From the NCBI GenBank assembly GCA_977020255.1, contig CDROCS010002233.1, forward strand, positions 186,001-250,000: a stretch of DNA of 64,000 nt. Reading direction: 5' to 3'. Made by a program: the position numbers and the translations under genes. Under the pieces are notes generated by a model. The model was not told the origin of the DNA, made no database searches, and saw nothing but the letters and a program-made list of their open reading frames with translations. Source of the DNA: Obrimoposthia wandeli. Taxonomy: Eukaryota. Below are positions 51,400 to 63,406 of the stretch, in pieces (positions within the stretch are counted from its first letter, which is position 1; each line of letters begins with the position of its first letter).

Positions 51400-51900
51400 A
51401 AGAAGGGGTCAAGTGGCTTGTCTCCACTTCTTTTTTGTGATATATCACTATGAAAGGTCAAGTGGCTTGATCTCCACCCTTCTTTTTGTGATATATCACT
51501 ATGAAAGGGCCTCAAGTGGCTTAGTCTCCACCCTTCTTTTGTGATATATCACTATGAAAGGGTCATGGCTTAGTCTCCACCCTTCTTTTTTTGTGATCTA
51601 GTCTCACACCCTTCTTTTTTGTGGTCTAGTCTCCACCCTTCTTTTTGGCTAACTACTAATTCAAAGGGGTCAAGTAGCTTAGTCTCCACCCTTCTTTTGG
51701 CTAACCACTAATTCAAAGGATCAAGTGGCTTAGTCTCACCCCATACTTTTGTGATCTAGTCCATAATGAAAATTTAGGATAAAGTTCACTCTTATCAGTT
51801 AAGAATGTATGACGTAATCATATTAATACAATATTTTATGAAATTTATACTAAAGTTCACTCTTATCAGTCAGAATGTATTACGTAATCACACACATACT
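51400..51900 (+). repeat. Family B subterminal tandem repeats (~50-bp AAGGGGTCAAGTGGCTTAGTCTCCACCCTTCTTTTTGTGATATATCACTATG x~8; ~78-bp AAAGTTCACTCTTATCAGT x2)
   Basis: Units are diverged versions of the TIR motif GGGGTCAAGTGATCTAGACTCCATCCTTCT. Confidence 0.85.
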
Positions 51901-52024
51901 ATTCTATGTGAAAATTTAGATCAAAGTTTTTTTTTCCAGGCTTACACATCTAAAGAATTATGGTAAAATTTATTTAAATAACATAAATTATATATTAAAA
52001 ATAAAATATCCTTAATAAATATAT

Positions 52025-52477
52025 TTATATACAATTTACATAATCAATACATAGAGAAAACATTTCAAATAAGCACAATGTTTTCCGTGTTTTCTAAACG
52101 GACATCGAATATTTTTTGGCATTTTCTTTAAATTTTGAAACTTTTATTATAATTCACAATTCTCAAATTTAGGAAACATTCGTTTCACTAAATTAATTTT
52201 TCTTTCCATCAATAGAATCCATAACATAGAATATTGTTTCAACATCATCAATATGAATATCAGAGCTTTCACCTTCAAACCAGGATAACTGATGATGATG
52301 ATTTATCAAATATAGATTTTTCTTTTTAACTGTAAATGATAAACTACTCCATGGTATTTGATTTTTAAACACGTAATGAAATGGACAAGTCATATCATTC
52401 ACATACATTATACATAATTCCTTTGGAATATATTCTCCATTATTATCAATAAAACATTCTAAATCAATAAAAGCCAT
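52025..52477 (-). pseudogene. Polinton accessory ORF, DEDD-like nuclease pattern, frameshifted near 52200
   Basis: MAFIDLECF...IPKELCI...FHYVFK...HHHQLSWFEG. It continues in another frame to CPFRKHGKHCAYLKC, with a stop at 52025. Confidence 0.5.
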
Positions 52478-52528
52478 TTGAAAAAATAAAATGAAATACT
52501 ATAATGATATATTTGTTTATACTTAAAA

Positions 52529-52860
52529 TTATTTGTGTTGAAGTTTCAACCATAAAAGACTCAGAGGTCCGCAGTTTTTAGTTAATGGATTCTGACATTT
52601 AACTCGATTATAGTAGACTAGAATGTTTTCTTTTTCAAGTGTAGACACCAACTTTGAAGGATAATAGAATCCAAAAGGATCAAACACTCGAATCTCGAAT
52701 CTGTCAACAAATATTGCTATCCAATGTTCGCCTGGTAGATTTGAAGTATGAGTATTGATAATGTAGCCTCCGGGTTTTAATGATGGAATTTTATCCAATG
52801 AATATACTCCATTAAATTTGTTATTCAATAATATTTTTCCGGATTTATAAATTTCTCCGG
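52529..52860 (-). pseudogene. Adenain-like cysteine protease (Polinton PRO), N-terminus truncated by fusion to the TIR
   Basis: FNGVYSLDKIP...IINTHTSNLPGEHWIAIF...FDPFG...CQNPLTKNCG contains the catalytic H, D, Q and C. The first ~20 aa of the tracked ORF are TIR-derived. Confidence 0.88.
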
Positions 52861-52964
52861 AGGTGAGGCAACATATACCCGTATGGTGTGGCAAGACATC
52901 CTTATGGTGTGACACCCTTTAGGGGGGGGGGTCAAGTGATCTAGACTCCATCCTTCTACCTACT

Positions 52965-53532
52965 TTTGATGAATCTGATATTTCAGAATCAAGCCAAGGT
53001 CTGTGAAAATTTCCGAATAAATTCATTCTATACGATTATTGACAAGCTTAAAAAGCAAAAGAGTTGGTAGCAGCTTATCCAACAAATTTGGATGATTCCT
53101 TTGTGGAAGAGTTCAAAAATTTATGACGGAAAAATGTTGGGTTCTGAAATGGTTACCGAACAAATAAAAGAAAATGCGTTCACCAGTTTCCCAAACGTTC
53201 ACGTCGCGTTGAGAATTTACTTGCCCCTAATTGGTTCAAATGCTGAAGCAGAACGACCTTTCTCAAAACTTAAAATAATTAAGAACTATTTGTGTATGAA
53301 TATCGGGCAAGAAAAAATAGCATCACAAAACTTTCAATTGAAAGTGCTTTATTAAAATAAATGTCTTTTGAAATGTAATATTTGAATTTGCAAATAAAAA
53401 GAGCCGCAAGGTTCGGATTTTGTGAAATATTCCAACAAAAATATTTTACAATAAAAGTTGATTTAAAATATATTTTAATTTCGTAGGCCCTAGGACAAGT
53501 GCCTACTTTACCTTTAGACTAATCCGGTGTTG
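52965..53532 (+). mobile_element. hAT transposase relic, 3' part with dimerisation domain and probable right end
   Basis: FPNVHVALRIYLPLIGSNAEAERPFSKLKIIKNYL is the hAT C-terminal motif. A hAT-like end, GGCCCTAGGACAAGTGCC...TAATCCGG, follows. Confidence 0.85.
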
Positions 53533-53559
53533 TTTCAAGTAATCTGGGAATTGATTTTC

Positions 53560-54400
53560 TTACATTTTGTGATAAAACCACATTTACATTCTCTAGATAA
53601 CCTTACATTTTCTTCCAGTGTTCCGCACCACGTCTTAATGCCCCAAATAATGTTTTTCATCAGTTTCCTTCCATTAAAAGATGCTCAAGTCCACAGTCGT
53701 TTTACTAGTTTCCAAGTCTAATATTATATTTGAAGTAACTATAATGTTAAATTAAGCAAAATTTCTTTGGCACAAATTCTGCGTAATTAATTTTTTTACA
53801 TTTACTGGAAAAGAGTGTCGTCATTCACAATCAGGATGTCGGCCTAGAGTTAATGATCTACCGACTACGGCAAATAATTTCTTAAAGGACTATGCAAATC
53901 AGAACGAAGTATTCATAATGAATCAGATATAAATATCATTAAATCTCTCAATGTTTTAATTGGATCTACTATTTTTTGACAATGTACAAATGTCTGTCAA
54001 TGTATTTATGATGCCGTTCGAAATTTTAGTACACCTAAAGGTGACTTTGTCCTGCTATTATCCGATATTTTTCTCTGGTGAGAAAGTACTGAAGAAAATG
54101 TATATTTTACTGCATAACTATGCAATGAAGATTCGAGCTAAATGTTCTGCAGTAGATGATTTAACAGCAAGCCTCAAAACAGTAGTTGTTAAAAATAAAG
54201 TGCGTAGCTCAAAGTTTTCAATGATATATATCCACAGGCAGTATTAACGCGATTGGCTACTTAGTTGAAATGCAGCTTTGTGTTACGTAAAAAAAGTTCA
54301 TCATCGAGATATTGTGTGAAACTTTGAAGGTAATAGAGCTCTTGTATCTCGAGTTTCTGTTTAGTCAGCGTTGGCGAATTTGTAAGCAACGAAATGTAAA
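53560..54400 (-). mobile_element. Second hAT (ZBED/Ac-like) relic
   Basis: Fragments LPSKFHTISR and YIIENFELRTLFLTT...STAEHLA. Confidence 0.45.
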
Positions 54401-55952
54401 TTTATTCATTTAGTAATTTTAAATAATCTCATATTTCTATTAAAGATTATTTTGAAAAAAATTTTAGTTAAATAAATAAGGTACAATATTAATGTGTAGA
54501 GGCCAACTTTTGTCAGTTAAACTTACAATGTAGTTTCTCTGACAATTTTTGTTTCTAACCTCGGCGTAAAACTGATTTTTTACATTTTTATAATTATTAC
54601 ATAAAGCCGATGTCACCGCCGTTCTTCCAACACTACGCCACTGCCGATTGCAAAGCCTCTAGATGTAAGGTCACATTGCTAACATAGATTTTCGTTATGT
54701 TATTATAAATGTAGTAATTATTACGTTAATAAACAATAGAGAGAAGTATTTAACGGTAATAAAATATTAACAATTTATTGATATTCAAGCATCATTAATA
54801 GCTGAAAGTATTATTTACAAATCGATAATAAATAAATATAAGTTTTGATGTTGAACAACTGAAGAGAATATCATTCCAGATTAGTTGTAATAATTGCATT
54901 ATTAACAAAAATATTAGAAAGTGGTAAAATTATGATTTAAGATGAAATAAAATAAAAATTTATTTTTAAATATTTTACATAAATACGGTATATAATTCTT
55001 AAAAATGATTCTAAAACATTTGCAGCAATTTTCTAACATAATCTCCTTCGTTTAAAATTTATATTGATTTATTTAATTTTTCTTATTCAACTTGACCAAT
55101 AAGAGCCGAATATAAATTTTGCACTTTTATGTGCGTACTTGTAAAGTCGATATGCATTGTTTTCAGATTTTAAGCGACGTGAATGGTAGTCAGTTGTGAT
55201 TTATGTAAATAAGGAGTTGAGTTTGGTATAGATATGGTTTCTCTTTGGTTGCGAAATTCTCTGTTAAATGTGAAAACTAAGGATTCAAGAAATGTACACA
55301 CCAAAATTGGTAGCAGCAGTAATACTACGATAGATGGACATATATACCGAAGTGATTAACATTAAGCTGTGTTGACCTTTATTTTGTCTTTTGCATTAAG
55401 GTCGACCATAAATCCAAAAGTCCTAATTCTCATTCAAGCCTCGCGTTTTCACAGAAAATTTTATATTGAAGTAAATATATATTTGAGTTTACTGTGTTAT
55501 TAAGTACAATAAATTAAATTGGAATAATCGATTCTGTTTTTCTGCATTGTATATTTTTATACCTGTTATTTGCAGACATTTGTAGATATATATTGAATAT
55601 ACTTATTTAATCCCTTTTTTATCATTCGTGTTATAGAAATTCCAGCTAAAACTCAAATCCTATTCTCAAAATCTCAATTAATGAAAAATTATTAAAGCAA
55701 AGTGAATTTATAAATATATAAAAATTGAGGTTTCATTATTAAAATAAATAAAATTAAAAAAACGGTTTTTATTATATAAGAAAGTACGTGTTGTGTTAAA
55801 CAATATGAAGTACAGTAAATATATTTCATTGTGTTGCTCGATGAAAGCCTTTCTTTACTAGTAAATTTTCCAGTAAATGGTTGTCATAGTGAGGAAACAA
55901 ATCGATTTGTTGCCGAGCTTATGGAGGGCTGTATTGACTGTAAAATGCTCAC

Positions 55953-56280
55953 CTGAAACACAGAGGTAAACATGGCGTCGTCCTTGAGAATAGTGCGGAA
56001 AAACTCCACCATAGACATTTCCTGGATGCTGTCATGACTTTTCTTGGCGTCGTATACCTTGAAGATGCGGTTGCGGAGTGTGGAGCGCGGAATGCCATAG
56101 AGAGCGGCTGCCTTGCGAGTACCGATACGACCACAGCAGATAGCTCGTACTGCTGAGATTAACTCTCGCTCTGAGTAGCCACTGGGGGCAAATGCGCCCC
56201 TCTTCTGGCTGTTGGTAACTGGGAGGGGCGGCGATTCCACTGGGGGACATCTGGCGGCACGAATGCGGTTAATAGAACTA
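55953..56280 (-). CDS. E93: E93-like exon containing HTH-psq 1
   Basis: YSERELISAVRAICCGRIGTRKAAALYGIPRSTLRNRIFK matches E93 RHF1 YTEEELQAALRDIQSGKLGTRRAAVIYGIPRSTLRNKVYK. Donor CAG|GTGAG at 55952. The 5' boundary is uncertain (56240-56280). Confidence 0.9.
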
Positions 56281-57429
56281 GGGTCATGATAAAATTATGA
56301 CAATCTAAACAATTGTAAGTCAAATCAACATCCTTAAACCTGTATGTAAACGTATGCATACGTAATTTCTAACACAACAATTAAAAAAAAATAATCAACA
56401 AAATGCCAATACCAAAGAGCTGCTTCAAAACCAATAGGATTGACTAGAAAAAAGTTTTAAAAAAAACCCGAAATAAATAATAAATTATACCTAGAGTTCC
56501 TAGAAATGCATACCTACCATGTAGGCAAGTTGTTACATAAAATACAGCACCTGAAGTAGAAACTTTACAGACATAAACCTGCTCATATACTCAACCTCCT
56601 GCACCAATATAAATAAAAACCCAAAAAACAATTGTAAGAACCAAACCAACAACAACAAAAACCTATAATTTTGAGCATAAATTGAGTTAAAGAAAAAGAA
56701 AGAGCCAAATACAATGAAAGAAAAGAACCTAAAAGGGGATACCTTATCAACAACATTAGAAGGAAAACCCAAAGAAAAATTTCTAAGATTGAAAAAAGAT
56801 CATAAAAACTTTAAATCTTTTTCAAAAACTCAGAAAAAATAAATAAACCAACCGGACATACAAAGACTTTGGTTTATATTATTGGAATAATTTCCCGTTT
56901 GTCTCTCACCTTATAAATTAAAAAACCTAACCAACAACAACAAAATAATAAAAGAAAGAGAAAACTTAACATTAAAAAAACTTAGTAGTGGTTTTCAAAA
57001 TGCTAACAAAAAACAACAAAGAATGAACCGAAGCAGACAACACTGCTAGCAGAAACATCATGAAAACGTCATACAATGAACAGAAACAACTCTTTTTTAA
57101 ACTTAAATAATCAAAAGACTTTGAAAACATAATAAGAAATTTAACTAAAAGTAATTTTTAATTATCATTTAAATTACAATCAAATATTTTTAAATAAATT
57201 AAAACCCACTAACTTTTAAAAATCAAATTTTATTCTTTAATTCCACAATTTTTTTTATAAACTAATTAGCTATCAAAACTTTAGCTCGCTAAAAAGTAAT
57301 TGTTTATGCTTAAATACCACAAATTTTAGAAAAGAGAAGAAAAACCACCGGAAGATGAAAAAAAAACCCTCTTATTTTTGGGCCGAAACCAAATTTTCAA
57401 TCTCATAAACTTAAAAATAAATACTAAAC

Positions 57430-58330
57430 ATACTTTCTACACCATGATTTTTTGCTTTTTCAAGGTATCAACAAAACCAGCCATTGTATTTGCAATGACT
57501 TCTATATCAATCTGGCCCAAGAAAAGTTTTATGCCTTACTTAAATTGCCGATGAGTTTCAGCCTTCCATCCATTCTTAAACACCTTATCCTTAAGCAATC
57601 ACTAGAAATCCTATATTGGTCTTAGTTGCGGCACATTAGGATAGTTTTTTCTTTAACCACAACTTTGGTTTCAAACTCTGCAAAAGTGTACATCGTCAGT
57701 CGCGCATAATGCGCACAAGCCAAAGAAGGCTAGAACAGATAATGACTATCACTGTGGTATTGTTGAATGAATGGAAGCAACCTCTCAGTTATGCACATTT
57801 ATGAATAAATTTCTTTATTGACTGCAATTCCTGACCTTTGAAAGAAAGGCTCAGATATTCCTTATTCACTAATGGCCACCCAAAGAAGCACCTTATTTTC
57901 ATATTTTAATTGTCAGAAAATCTGAGATTGTCAGGAGCATCACCACGAGCAGTAGCATGGTAATATATACTACCAGATACTTTATCATATCTGAGTGTAA
58001 AATACAACTTGTCATCCATGAAAATGGAGGGGAATTTTTCTTTTTTAACTGCGTAAAAATTTTAGAGGTTCTTACTTTTTGGACTTTTTTCTGCTTTTCA
58101 GTGGTATACGCTTTTCTTTTATGAATGCATGTATCCCATTTGCAGATATTTGCCACATAAGTATGATGAATTTCAACATTTTCTTGACTTTTTTATCATT
58201 TATCTTCTCACCTACTTTGTCCGATCCTTGTGCCTTCTCAGATATATTTTATTCTTTGAAACGGTTAAGCAAATCATAGACAGTTAGTCTTGCAATCCTG
58301 AGCTCTTTGGCGTAGACGGCAACTATATTG
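57430..58330 (-). mobile_element. IS630/Tc1/mariner-like transposase relic
   Basis: AKELRIARLTVYDLLNRFKE (HTH), PSLACAHYAR, and NYPNVPQLRPI*DF..LLKDKVFKNGWKA. Confidence 0.75.
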
Positions 58331-58809
58331 AATGATTCATCAGGATGAAATAGACGGTATTGTATTATTACATATCTTCGTTGTTGTTCATTTAAATTCA
58401 TTTAAATTTTACGTGATGAATCGATAAGTTTATTAAAATGATTGATTAAAACAAAATGTATTTTTATATCTATAATTTTTAACGTGTGTCTCAAATTTCA
58501 AAATTATACATCAAACTGTCAGATTTTTAGCCCCATATACGGATTTCAAGTATAAACCCGTTATTATGTTGTTAAATATAATAAATTATTTAAATCTTAC
58601 ATTTAACTTTGCAAATAATAGACTATTTTATATTCATAATGATAAACTACTCATGAATACTAGTATGACATTTATATTAAAAAATAGAATTCAAATATTA
58701 TTTGAATTATAAGTATTTTATATATTTTTTAATTTTTCGTTTAAAGATTGCGTTTTGTTTTCGGAATAAACTTTTAAATTTGCGAAATAGTTCTGTGTTT
58801 TTATTTCAA

Positions 58810-59512
58810 TTGTTACAATGGCGTCACGAGCAGCTGAAGCAGAACTAACAAAAAGTGGAACTTGAAGCAAAGGGGTGACGAAGACAAGAAGAACGAGAAG
58901 ATAAATTAAAGTTAGCTGAAGTGCAATTTAAAAAACCGGGGCTAGAAGAAAAAAACTCTGACTAGAGGAAGAGCGAATGAATAAAATAGTCCATCTCCAG
59001 CGTCAGTTAAGCCAGTATCAATTGCACCATACACAGAAAATGACAGAATCGAACTGTAATTGGAACATTTTGAAAGATAGTGTACTAGTAACCATATTGA
59101 AAAAAGTATTGGTCGGTTTATTTGCAACCTTTATTATCCGCTAGAGCCCGTGAAGCTTTTTAAGGATGCCAGTCGAAGATACCAGAGAATATGATTCTGT
59201 GAAAGATGCAATCCTTAAACGTTACAATCTAAATACCGAACAATACCGAAGAATACCGAAAAATGTTTAGAAAGGCAAAGAGGAATCAAAAAAAGAATCA
59301 CAATATTAAACAGAACCTTGATGAATTTAACTATATATTTTCTTTTAGCCCTGGCTGTACAAATGTAACATAATTTCAATTAGTACAAAAGCATGAAGAC
59401 CCAATACGGCAAAAACCGTATCCGGTAGCACATTCACTAACATACACTATGAAAAAAGATATTAAATTATTACTCAATGAAGAAATTATCAAAGAATTCT
59501 ACAGTCCATATG
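58810..59512 (+). mobile_element. Ty3/Gypsy relic (PBS, gag, RT start), cut by a Polinton at 59513
   Basis: TGTTACA|ATGGCGTCACGAG; PIRQKPYPVAHSL...KKDIKLLLNEEIIKEFYSPY immediately followed by the Polinton terminus. Confidence 0.75.
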
Positions 59513-60299
59513 AGTAGGTGGATGTGTCCGGTCTAATCCAGTCTAATCTTTAAAAAAATAGCATACCTAGCTTTGATTTTAATTGAAGGAATGTAGAAGG
59601 AATAGATAAAATGCTTAAATATTGGCTTTGGAACGATAATATTGATGACTTCGATAAAACTCTCTTTGAAAATAACTTATTTACTATGTATTAATGAAAT
59701 CGTTAATTTTCATTCAATGTCTTAATATTAATTGATTAAAAGTATTTTTTAATGTCTAATGAAGATAGAATCCATTTATATGAACCAAAACTATTAATAG
59801 TAATCATAAAGATTTCACCCGATTTTTTATAAAAATATGATGACTTTATCAATACTCAGAAGTTGTTTCTTTAAGTTTTCCTTAATACCTATTGACTTAT
59901 AAGTAGCTATTTACAACATCATTGATTATTTTCAACTATAAAATCAATAATTGGGAATATGTACACTAATCGTTATTACTCAATATCTAACCTAAACCTC
60001 TAACTTCTAATACTCTAATTCTAATATTCTAATTCTAACACTAACATCATTTTCCAAAATATATGCGAAAAATTTACAAGAAGAGGGTAAAAGTTTGAAT
60101 AATATCTCTGCTTTTGTAAAAATTGTCTTCGTTATGACCGAAATATGAGTAAAATACTTATGATTAATTTTTGGTATAACTCGCTTTGAAGCAGTATAAA
60201 GCTGAAATTCAATATGATCGCTTATATCATAATCTTAAATGACCGGAATTTTGATAAAATACGATTTCACTACAGTTTTAGAACAGTAGTCTTATTTCC

Positions 60300-61300
60300 C
60301 TTCTAAACCCCCCTAAATATCTTCTAACTCACATTAAATTTCCTTTCAAAGTAAAATATATCCTATATTTTTTCTTCTGAATCCTACTAACCTTATATAC
60401 ATCGCTTTTATTTTCATTCAATCTAGCTATCTAGGCTATATTTACCACAACCTCCTAAACATCCCTTCTAAACCCTTCAAAGCTTTAATCTGAACCATCT
60501 AAACATCATCGTTAAATTTCCTTCTAAATTCATCTAATTTCTTCTGAAACCTCCTGAACTCCCCGTTAAATTTCCCTCTAAATTCATCTAATTTCTTCTT
60601 CTGAAACCTCTTGAACTCCCTGTTAAATCTCCCTCTAAATTCCTTTAATTTCTTCTGAAACCTCCCCATATAATTCTCCTCTGAACCAATTTAAGTTATA
60701 TTTCCTCTTCTGAAACCTCTTGAAATATCCGTTAAATCCTCCTTTTATCTCCTTTAAGGTTATATTTTCTCTTCTTAACTCCTCGGTTAAATTCTCTTTG
60801 GAACCCTTTAATTTCCCCTATGAACCAATTTTAATTTCTTTTTTCTGAAACTTCCTAAATACTCATATTAAATACTTCTCTAAACGCCTTTTAAGGCTAT
60901 ATTTTCTGATACCTCCTAAACATTCCTGCTAAATCTTTTCTAAACCCTTCAAATCTATAATATATCTTCTGAAACCTCTTCAACACTTTTTCAATTAGTC
61001 TTTTATAACCATTCTATGCATTAATATTTCTTCTATAACCTTCTAAATACCTCGTAAATTTCCTCTTCTATGTAATAAACTTCCTAAATTCCTTTCCTAA
61101 ATCTCTTAAATAAATCACATCAATTTCACTTCATAATTCAATCTAGGCTATATTTTTGATACCTCCTAAAAGTATCGTTAATTTCTCCTCTGAACCGCTA
61201 CTTATCTTTAATCTTCTATGTATTAATTACTCTTCTAGAGAACCTTTTGAACAAATCGTGAGTTTCTCTTCTAAAACTCTATCCATTATTTTCTATTCTT
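60300..61300. repeat. Degenerate pyrimidine-rich repeats (CTGAAACCTC/TAAATTTCCTC motifs)
   Basis: Recurrent motifs every ~50-70 bp; not a clean array. Confidence 0.6.
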
Positions 61301-62620
61301 AAACCTTATAAACACCCATGTCATATCTCATCTAAATGTAACAAATCTCATGCATCTTCTTTATTTATCTTATAGAACCTTTTATGTATAATTTCTTTAC
61401 TAGACCGATTTATTTGAAGTAAGAAATCGACTGGTTGTTGATGTTTGAAAATAAGTTTCCATAATATTGATAACATCAATGAATCAATAAGCTTGTAGAG
61501 TTTTGTAAGAATTTTCTTGTTTGATATATCGATCAATGAAAAATTATTTTTGAGAATATAGTTATCAATAGACTCAAGTAATATGAATAAATTATGACTG
61601 AGATAAATACATACTCTAAACATTATTGAATAAATTATATCAATAAATGATACTTGAAAATAATTTTAGGTTTAAATGAATCGAAAGAGAGAATATAATT
61701 TAATCCATTTCTAGTCCTGATGTAATAATTTCTAAACAAAATGTTCTTATATAGTATTGATAATTTAATTAATTATTTATTACATAGATTAATTTCCTTA
61801 AATAAGCTAATCTTCAAACAATATTCTTTGAAACTAATCATTTTTAGTAACAAAACTTTTACAGATTCTTTTACAAAAAAACTTTTTTAAAAGAAAGTAG
61901 AGAACATTTTAGATTTAATGAATCATTTTGAAATTTAATAAAATTCTTAGTTAAAGATGCAGATTAATAATATACTCTTGATCGTAAATTGACTAATTGA
62001 TCAAAGTAATCTCTCTAATTATCCGTATAATTGTCCGTAATAAACTCTCACTTATTGATCATTATATACTCTCTTCAAATTATATCTTTATTACACGGAG
62101 GAATCCTTTAAATATGTTGAAGAGAAATCCAATTAGTGCATCTACCATATAAGAAACCATGAAAACTTTATTGACGCGCTGGCACATAAGAATCGTCAGT
62201 AAATACAACTTATTTGTTCTGAAAATAATTTTGTCCTTAAACTAAAATCAAAGAAAATTTATAGAAATATGGGTAAATTCATTGAAAATGATCAATTATT
62301 TGCATTATAATTTGCATTATTCTAAAAATCCTTGGTAAATCTATCTTATAATCTATAAATTGACTGAAAATCGAACTTTCTAATTCGAAATTTACATTAT
62401 TCAGAAAAATTACACAGTAAATTAATTTGTCAACTAAAATCCTTATAAATGATATAAGATTCAACTTTGCATCTTAATTTACATTATTCTGAAATATACA
62501 CGATAAAATGTATTCTAAAATCCATAAATATAAACATAAAATGATTAAAAATCTAACTTTTTATATCCAAATTAGAATTTTTTTCTAAAGTGTCATAATG
62601 TAGACGTGTAAGCTACACTG

Positions 62621-63046
62621 TTGTCTGCAATGATTTCAGATGGATTATTAGACACATCAAAATTTTCTATAAACCATCCTTTAGCCAATACTGCGATAGA
62701 CAAGTTTAAGGATGAGAGTAAGCAATGTAGATATAAGCAATGGGTATTTTTACGCTCCAAATCATATAGCTTAGAAACTATAGACGGAAAGTCCCATATG
62801 AAAGCAAAGGGAATTAGTGTTAAGCAGACTGTGCTACGCCATGCGAATTATTTAGCTGCATATGAGAGTGGGGTTAGTGAACGAGTGCAACAACAACGCA
62901 TTAGTTCAATTAATCACCAGCTCTATATCGTAAATAGGAGTAAGATCGCATTGAGTAGCAATGACGATGAGAGAAAATGGGTAGAGAAAAACCGGTCAGT
63001 TGTCTGCGGACATCATAGATATCCAGATGATTTTTCACTTGAATAA
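62621..63046 (+). pseudogene. Polinton protein-primed DNA polymerase B, C-terminal fragment
   Basis: HPLAN...KFKDE...VFLRSKSYSL...KAKGI...LRHANY...ISSINHQLY...KIALSSNDDERK...GH fits the Polinton pPolB C-terminus. AATAAA follows at ~63112. Confidence 0.88.
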
Positions 63047-63406
63047 TTGTTTTTTGTATGTTTGAATTTGTATGTCACAAATTTATTGTACCTAATTTTC
63101 TCTTTGGTTTAATAAATATTTGTATCCAATTCATCTTTTTCTAAGTTTAAAATTCTAAAGTATAAAAGTTCTGTGTAAAATTTTAATTCTAAAGTATAAA
63201 AGTTTTGTGTAAAATTATTTTTTTAAATTATAAAAATTGTTGTAAAAAATTATGTTGGAAATTTTATTTTTAAACTATAAAAATTTTGTAAACAATTTTA
63301 TTTTAATTTTTAAATTATTTTGTTTAAAAGCCATTTTTTTTAAATTTTTTATTTTTTTGTTTAAAAACCATGTTGAAAATTTTAAATTTTGCGCAAAAAA
63401 ATTGCG

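Larger units (their letters stand above)
42111..52964 (-). mobile_element. Polinton/Maverick (family B) deleted derivative with TIRs and a 6-bp TSD
   Basis: Starts AGTAGGTAGAAGGATGGAGTCTAGATCACTTGACCCC and ends with its reverse complement. TTTGAT on both sides (42105-42110; 52965-52970). Contains an adenain-like protease. Confidence 0.9.

Noticed and set aside
56533-56772. Hydrophobic membrane-protein-like ORF
   Set aside because: A compositional effect of a T-rich strand; no splice or homology support.
1540-59513. One giant composite Polinton carrying E93
   Set aside because: The termini at 1540 and 14520 are right-type and 59513 is left-type, so they face away from the gene; there is no matching TSD.
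61300-62600. Penelope GIY-YIG or additional pPolB sequence
   Set aside because: Only weak frameshifted hints (ISCIY..DSYV on the minus strand; GGI on the plus strand); cannot be assigned.
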